Positions 58,353 to 64,000 of a stretch of DNA of 64,000 nucleotides are shown here, one piece after another. Source of the stretch: Bdellovibrionota bacterium (GTDB lineage: Bacteria > Bdellovibrionota_C > UBA2361 > OMII01). Location of the stretch: positions 1-64,000 of the forward strand of contig JBIJBE010000017.1 in assembly GCA_044345405.1 (NCBI GenBank), given 5' to 3'. The position numbers and the translations under genes were made by a program. Under the pieces are notes generated by a model that saw only the letters and a list, made by a program, of their open reading frames with translations, made no database searches and had not been told where the DNA came from. Every line of letters starts with the position of its first letter. Position 1 is the stretch's first letter.

Positions 58353-60401
58353 ATGAGTACTTCCGTTGTGTCTGTGGTGGCAATCAGCGTCCCGGTCGCT
58401 CTCGTTGCGCTCTGGTGGTTGTTGTCGTGGAGAAATATCCACGGCAACGAGATCGGGCTCGTGGAGAAGCGGTTCGGGAGGCGTCGCCTTCCGAGCGGGG
58501 ACCTGATTGCGCTCGATGGTGAGTGCGGCTACGAGGGGGAGATCCTCTCACCCGGGTGGCAGTGGGTCCCATTGTTCATCAAGACCGTCACTCGGCATCC
58601 TGCCGTAGAGATCGGTCCCGATCAGCAGGGGCTCGTCATCGCCCAAGTGGGCGAACCCCTTCCTGTGGGCTCTCGAGTCGCGATCTCCAAGCCGGAGTTC
58701 GGCGACTATCAGGATGTCACTGTCTTCCTGAAAAATGGAGGGCAGAAGGGAAAGCAGTCGATGGTTCTTCGGCCAGGAGTCTACCGGATTCATCCGGTGG
58801 CGTTTCTGGTCATGACCGGAGATCGAGTGTACGGCCTTCCGATGGACCCCCAGCTCGCAAAGAAGGGGGCCGACGTCGCGGACTTCGGGCTTAGCCCGGA
58901 GGACCTCAAGCCAGTTATCATCAGGGCCGAGGCCCTGGCGGTTACGGGCGATGAGGACCACGACGACCCGCGCAGGCGGGCCGGGAGCGGACGCAAGTTC
59001 GCGATCAACAAGATGGGCGTCGTCACCTCGCATGAGGGACCGGCTCTCCAGGGCGGGCAGCTTGCCTGTCGCTTGGGAGGCTGGGACGACGTCTTGACCG
59101 TGCCCAATCCGAAGGACCGGATCAACGCGATCTTGTCCTCCCAAAACACGCAGCACAAGGCCTATCAGGACTTTGCTGCGTTCCTTGCGGCTGGAGGCCA
59201 AACTGGTCTGCAGCACGATGTCCTCACTGAGGGCACCTACTACCTGAACCCATGGCTCGTTCGGGTGGAGCAGCTCCCCGTTCTCCACGTGTTGGAGGGC
59301 GAGGTGGCTGTCGTCAAGAGCAAGGTGGGAGCGGTCGACACCGACATCTCGGGTGCCGAATTCAAGTTCGGCTCCATCGTGATGCCGGGTCACCGCGGAT
59401 TGTGGTGCGAAGCGATTCGCACCGGCTCGTGGCTCATCAACACCAGGTGTTATGAGACCACGATCGTGCCGACGAAGATCCTGACGCTCTATTGGGCGGA
59501 CGGATTGAACGCGGCGGGTAAGCTCGACCAGGAACTCAAGACTATCAAGGCGAAGAGCCGAGACGGTTTCGAGTTCCAGCTTGAGCTCCAGGTGCAGATC
59601 CACATCTCCGATGTGAATGCTCCTCGAGTGATCTCCATGGTCGGATCGGTGGAGAACCTCGTCAATGAGGTCCTCCAGTCGGCTGTCGGCAACTACTTCC
59701 GGAACCGAGTGCAGTCGATGCAAGCGACCGCATTCATCCAGGAGCGCGAGAAGGTGCAAGAGGAAGCCCTCAAGTACATCCGCGAGAAGTTGACGGACTA
59801 CCAGGTGGAAACCCTGGGGGTCTTCCTCCAGGACATCCGCTTCCCCGAGGAGCTCGCCAGCGTCCTGAAGCAGCGAGAGATCGCGGCACAGGAGGTGGAG
59901 ACCTTCGAGAAGCAGCGCGCTGCCCAAGAGCAGCGCATCCTGACGGAGGCCGCCAAGGGTAAGGCGGAGCAGCAAGCTGCTCTCGCCGAGTCCGAGGTTG
60001 CGATCGCGATTCGCAAGAACCAGGCCGAAGCTCGCAAAGCGGAGGCCGCGGGTCAAGCGTTCGCGACGAAGGAGCTCGGTGAAGGTGAGGCGGCGTCCAT
60101 CAAGGCGCGAGGTCTCGCCGAAGCCGCGGCTACGGAGGCGCAGGGCTTGGCTCTCGCCGCAGGTCTCGATGCTCAGCGAAAGGCCGTCGGTGAGGCGGCA
60201 ACGATGCTGGTCAACGTGATCAAGGCAGTGGCCGAGGGCAACGTCAAGATCACACCGGACGTCCAGGTCTCGGGTGAAGGCGACAGTAGCGGTGGTTTGA
60301 TGGCGTTGGTGATGGCACAGGTTGCGAAGGGCATGAGCCCCACGCCTGTCGTCCCCACGTCGTCGTCGACCACCGATACCGTTCCGGCCTCTGCTGAGTA
60401 A
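58353..60401 (+). CDS. SPFH/band-7 (flotillin-like) membrane protein with long N-terminal region
   Basis: N-terminal TM, repeated G.Q..vL.PG.Y units, SRDGF..LQVQIHI, VGNYFRN, Ala/Glu-rich coiled coil; visibly higher GC. Confidence 0.88.
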   Translation: MSTSVVSVVAISVPVALVALWWLLSWRNIHGNEIGLVEKRFGRRRLPSGDLIALDGECGYEGEILSPGWQWVPLFIKTVTRHPAVEIGPDQQGLVIAQVGEPLPVGSRVAISKPEFGDYQDVTVFLKNGGQKGKQSMVLRPGVYRIHPVAFLVMTGDRVYGLPMDPQLAKKGADVADFGLSPEDLKPVIIRAEALAVTGDEDHDDPRRRAGSGRKFAINKMGVVTSHEGPALQGGQLACRLGGWDDVLTVPNPKDRINAILSSQNTQHKAYQDFAAFLAAGGQTGLQHDVLTEGTYYLNPWLVRVEQLPVLHVLEGEVAVVKSKVGAVDTDISGAEFKFGSIVMPGHRGLWCEAIRTGSWLINTRCYETTIVPTKILTLYWADGLNAAGKLDQELKTIKAKSRDGFEFQLELQVQIHISDVNAPRVISMVGSVENLVNEVLQSAVGNYFRNRVQSMQATAFIQEREKVQEEALKYIREKLTDYQVETLGVFLQDIRFPEELASVLKQREIAAQEVETFEKQRAAQEQRILTEAAKGKAEQQAALAESEVAIAIRKNQAEARKAEAAGQAFATKELGEGEAASIKARGLAEAAATEAQGLALAAGLDAQRKAVGEAATMLVNVIKAVAEGNVKITPDVQVSGEGDSSGGLMALVMAQVAKGMSPTPVVPTSSSTTDTVPASAE

Positions 60402-60450
60402 TGTGATTCGACAGAATTAATTCCTCGTAGAAAGTAGGTGAACACGTTCA

Positions 60451-60548
60451 GGCAGGTTATATACAGAGGATTTCCTTTACGGATTTTCTTAAGGCTATAA
60501 CCTGCCATCAAAGGGCTTTTGTCACAAACAAGCCTTTTGATGGCAGGT
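60451..60548. repeat. Two overlapping inverted repeats
   Basis: GGCAGGTTATA (60451-60461)/TATAACCTGCC (60496-60506) and 19-bp stem 60500-60518/60530-60548. Confidence 0.7.
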
Positions 60549-60660
60549 ACATGCCTTGCATGGTTTTCGACAATTGTTTCCAGTATTGAATCCCTTCTTT
60601 CGTAATCAGTATGAGCTGCAGAAGGCAAAGTCGTGACTGACAAGAGTTTCCCATTACGCG

Positions 60661-61371
60661 TCATTTCACGTAAAAGACGCTCTCCAGCCCAGGGGCCTGA
60701 GGATGAGATAGTACGAGCCGAATCTCGCTGCATCCCCCATTAATCGCGGCGCTTAGATCGAGGGTGACCTTACCGTCCGCGCTCGCCTGAGCCGTTGTAA
60801 GGGTGGTGACCGCGCCAGCGCATTTCGCTACGACCGCTCCGTTAAAGTCATACAAGGTAAGCTCTTTCGAGGCTATCGTGATGGTAGCTGGACATGGGAC
60901 TTGGTCGTTATCGCCAACCACGATGAGCTCATCGCCAGAGGCCGAAAGATTTGAACAGAGGTTCTGTTCGCTGACTTGAGCCTCAAACTGTAATTCCGAT
61001 TCAAGTCCTTCGCCTGTGGCCGCTAACTTCGTCGACAGGGTTCCTGGTCCCTGCTGCAGTCGCCGCATCGTTGTGCTTCCAACCCCAACTACATCTATCA
61101 CTAAGGAGCTCTCGCTCGCAGGCAATACCATGTCGAAATCGCCGTCCGAGTTGGTGCCTGAATTCCTGAGGTCCTCTCCCGATGTTCCTGATGACACGGT
61201 CATGGAGAGAAACGGGGCGCGATCTCCGTTTGACTGCTCAGCGTATCCCGCGAGTTTCACTGAGTCAGTAGATGACGTGCCTGTTGTGCCTCCTCCGCAC
61301 GAGGTGATCGCGAAAGTAACGAGAGTCAGCGCGAATATTTTCGCAGCATGGTGAGCTATTGTGGCGTACAT
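60661..61371 (-). CDS. Hypothetical lipoprotein
   Basis: Lipobox ITSC-GGGTTGT; overlaps the stop of the upstream DUF6502 gene. Confidence 0.75.
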   Translation of the reverse strand: MYATIAHHAAKIFALTLVTFAITSCGGGTTGTSSTDSVKLAGYAEQSNGDRAPFLSMTVSSGTSGEDLRNSGTNSDGDFDMVLPASESSLVIDVVGVGSTTMRRLQQGPGTLSTKLAATGEGLESELQFEAQVSEQNLCSNLSASGDELIVVGDNDQVPCPATITIASKELTLYDFNGAVVAKCAGAVTTLTTAQASADGKVTLDLSAAINGGCSEIRLVLSHPQAPGLESVFYVK

Positions 61372-62204
61372 CGCTTTCTCCCTCTTTTTCTTGGCACTAT
61401 CGCTTTCGGCGCCTGAATAGGCTCCGCGTATGAAAAACTCGTCACGGCTACCCGAGCTCTCTCGTCGGATTGGCTAACTGCTCCCGATGAATCTCTGTCA
61501 AATTGAGCGAGATACTCGCGCATTCGGGACTGGAACTCGGCGCCCTGTTTCAGGATCCATCTCCTGATTTCAGGAAGAGCGTTTGGATCTATATTATCGT
61601 ATGCCGTGCGCAAATGGAGGTTCGGATCTCTGTCTCGATTTGTGACGTTAGCCTCGATCGCTGACGCAAGGTCTCCTGCATCGAGACTGAGGAGGTCTAA
61701 TCCGTACTGGTGATCCTCTCGTGGGGTGTACTCCTGTACTCTCAGCCGCACAAGATTCCCCACGTATTCGATAGCGCCGATCCTCTCAAGCTCAAAGAGA
61801 ATTGGATAATGGGTAACCTCCTTACTCACGTCCGCTACGAGCCGCGCGAATTCGCTTGAAAGTCCCTCGTGCGTCAGATCTCTCGGTGTCCCTTCCGCGG
61901 TTCGATACCGTTTAGAGGATGCCCACAAACCGAGAACTCGATTCAAGATATCGTGCGCTGCTCGGTCGGGTCGTTCGCCGGTAAGTAAACGCGATACCTC
62001 ACTACGGTGTAGTCCCGTCATCACACTGACCTTGCTGACGCTGAACGCCCCTTGAGCTTCGTGAATCTCGTGCTGCGCTTCATGAACAAAGGACTGGCGA
62101 AGTATCTCCTCAACCTGACTTGAACGAACCCCTCTCTTAAGACACCATCGCACAAGGGGCCGCAGAAGTGCTCGAATGTATGCGGGGGGATCAAAAGAGC
62201 TCAA
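61356..62204 (-). CDS. DUF6502-family protein (putative HTH)
   Basis: LLRPLVRWCL..GV, SKVSVMTGLHRSEVSRL, RVLGLW, F..LV..VSK, LFELERIG; TTG start. Confidence 0.8.
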   Translation of the reverse strand: MSSFDPPAYIRALLRPLVRWCLKRGVRSSQVEEILRQSFVHEAQHEIHEAQGAFSVSKVSVMTGLHRSEVSRLLTGERPDRAAHDILNRVLGLWASSKRYRTAEGTPRDLTHEGLSSEFARLVADVSKEVTHYPILFELERIGAIEYVGNLVRLRVQEYTPREDHQYGLDLLSLDAGDLASAIEANVTNRDRDPNLHLRTAYDNIDPNALPEIRRWILKQGAEFQSRMREYLAQFDRDSSGAVSQSDERARVAVTSFSYAEPIQAPKAIVPRKRGRKRCTPQ

Positions 62205-62355
62205 AACGAATACCTGAAATCTTAAGGACTACGCTTACCTGTCAATATTTTACAGTATTTCTTGACAAGGAGAAAGAGGATCCTTCAATATGCTGCTATA
62301 AAGTAACAGTATATAGTGTTTTACGAGATTTAGTTTGAAGATAAAGGGTAGGTAT

Positions 62356-63051
62356 ATGAAACAAATGAAATATCTTGTTTTGGCGCTGACGGCGCTCTTT
62401 GGGACTGCGCATAGCGCAATGGCAGCCGATGTTCGCGTTATCCACGGTATCAACGGAAAGGACCTTGGGTTAGCCCAGGAGCTTCCGGTCGATATCTCAG
62501 TAAACGGAGCCTGCGCTCTCAAAGGAGTTACTTTTAAGAAATCAACTAAGGTGGAGCTTGGTGCTGGCGACTACACGGTTCGGGTATTTGTAGCCACAGG
62601 AAGTTGCGCAGGCACTCCGGTAATCGAGAAGACGGTAACGATCTCCCAAGCGGCCGAAAACGAGGCGTTCTCCCTGGTCGCAAGCCTCTCGAGTAACGGC
62701 ACCCCGCAGCTCGCTGTTTTCCAGAATACCGGAACATCTATTCTTATGCCCGGCGTAGTAGTTCGACACCTCGCTAAAACTGGGGCGGTTCGGGTGCGAG
62801 TGTCGCTCAGCGAGCGTGGAGCTAGATTGCCTACGTCGGTCGCGACTATTCGAAATGGTCAGGAGACAACAGACATGGTGCTTGGCGCGACCTCGGTACG
62901 GTATACCGTTTCACTAGAGCCCCGCTCGGCTAAGCGAGTGAAATTGCCAGCGCAAGATGTGCGCCGGTCGTATGGAATCCTCTACGTGGTAGGCTCATCG
63001 CAGAGCGGATTCTCAGTTATCTCAGAAACGATAAAGATCCCAAGAAAATAA
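62356..63051 (+). CDS. Secreted DUF4397-like protein
   Basis: Signal peptide AMA-A, VRVIHGI, PVDISVNG, AGDYTVRV, VVVRHLA. Confidence 0.7.
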   Translation: MKQMKYLVLALTALFGTAHSAMAADVRVIHGINGKDLGLAQELPVDISVNGACALKGVTFKKSTKVELGAGDYTVRVFVATGSCAGTPVIEKTVTISQAAENEAFSLVASLSSNGTPQLAVFQNTGTSILMPGVVVRHLAKTGAVRVRVSLSERGARLPTSVATIRNGQETTDMVLGATSVRYTVSLEPRSAKRVKLPAQDVRRSYGILYVVGSSQSGFSVISETIKIPRK

Positions 63052-63131
63052 CGCACCGTGATGGCAATGTGGTGTCAGTCATGACTTTCCGACTTTTAAA
63101 AAGTGTGAAAGTTGTGACTGACACGAGTTGC

Positions 63132-64000
63132 CTAGCACGAATACGGAGCCGCCGATTGCGGGCGCTCCACCAACATTCGATCAAGCGACTCAAGTCGTTC
63201 TACATCGAGATACACAACATCACCTATCCGTTCGAGCTTCCCTTCTGCGAGGATGATTGAGCTTCTCATCGTGATCGTTTGATTCGCTTCAAAGAGCGCG
63301 GGACGAATAATAAGGTTCGCTGTTCCCGTTTCATCCTCAAGGGTAATAAAGACAACTCCCTTCGCAGTTCCTGGGCGCTGCCTCGTGGTAACGAGTCCGG
63401 CGGTTGCGACACGAGTTCCTACTCGTATGCCGTGTTTAGATTGAAGACGCTCTGATGTGTACGCTTTTTTGTGGGTGAGGTGCTCTCGGAGAAACATCAG
63501 CGGATGCGCTTTCAACGAGAGCCCCGTTGTCGCGTAGTCATCGAACATATCCCGTTGCGCGGTTGGTGTTGGAAGCGCTTTTTCGTGCCCAGAGGAGCGC
63601 TTCGTAAAGAGCGCGTCCATGGGGGCAGGGTGTGAGGCGAGCGCGCTGATGTTCCAGTGCGCGGGACGGCGTGTGAGTTCAACGGATCCAAAGGCGTCTG
63701 CTTTCGCCAAGGTTCGAAGGGTTGATTTGGAAACGTTAATATCTCGTGACCAGAGTGAGTCGATCGAATCGAATTGTCCCGTTTGTTCAACTGAGTCAGC
63801 GATAGCTTCGGCGTGGTCACGCCGAAGCCCTGAGATGAGTCTCAGTCCTAGCCTAACTTCGCCGCTGTCTTGTGCGGTATACGACATCGCGCAATTCCAA
63901 CTACTTCGATTCGCGTCGATAGGGGCGAATGGTACGCCGTGTCGCTGCGCGTCCTGAACGATTTGGGATGGCGCGTAGAATCCCATCGGCTGGCTATTGA
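63132..64000 (-). CDS. dnaE2: Error-prone DNA polymerase DnaE2, 3' part (truncated by the window edge)
   Basis: QPMGFYAPSQIVQDAQRHG, VRLGL, DYATTGLSLKAHP, RQRPGTAKGVVFITLEDETG. Confidence 0.92.
   Translation of the reverse strand, partial: NSQPMGFYAPSQIVQDAQRHGVPFAPIDANRSSWNCAMSYTAQDSGEVRLGLRLISGLRRDHAEAIADSVEQTGQFDSIDSLWSRDINVSKSTLRTLAKADAFGSVELTRRPAHWNISALASHPAPMDALFTKRSSGHEKALPTPTAQRDMFDDYATTGLSLKAHPLMFLREHLTHKKAYTSERLQSKHGIRVGTRVATAGLVTTRQRPGTAKGVVFITLEDETGTANLIIRPALFEANQTITMRSSIILAEGKLERIGDVVYLDVERLESLDRMLVERPQSAAPYSC

Noticed and set aside
58548-60056. 502-aa antisense ORF
   Set aside because: Lies wholly opposite the SPFH gene and is the expected shadow of GC3-biased codons; no recognisable motifs
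1-64000. tRNA, rRNA, tmRNA, parS and intact IS elements
   Set aside because: None recognised by eye; tRNAscan-SE, Infernal and ISEScan would be needed to exclude them formally

Overview
This is a bacterial chromosomal origin region of roughly 50-55% GC by eye. The split atpBE genes, caa3-type oxidase and double-length UvrA suggest a deltaproteobacterial/Bdellovibrionota-like lineage (inference only). The window contains recF-dnaN-dnaA with an oriC-like dnaA-dnaN spacer (DnaA boxes, GC clamp, DnaA-trios, AT-rich tract), atpB-atpE, and a second, stronger DnaA-box cluster at 6.4-6.7 kb. Housekeeping genes include trxB, accC, mutY, mnmG, glmU, icd, a tandem-fused uvrA, an sco-coxBACD operon, mpl, nupC and the 3' end of dnaE2. 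The most unusual structure is an integrase-less integron cassette array (CALIN, about 37.4-40.5 kb, minus strand). It is supported by several attC-like hairpins and by 10-bp complementarity between cassette starts and ends. It includes two inverted ORF6N cassettes that share an identical 16-bp non-canonical junction. Other items of interest are a four-gene Cys-rich lipoprotein/TlpA operon, an apparently exported orphan NuiA, a KaiC-like ATPase/hybrid kinase pair, REPIN-like repeats with a nested mini-element, a candidate sRNA, a candidate RNA switch upstream of a GC-rich SPFH gene, and a DUF6502 module. No rRNA, tRNA, CRISPR array or intact transposase/integrase was recognised. All family assignments come from motif recognition by eye, not database searches.
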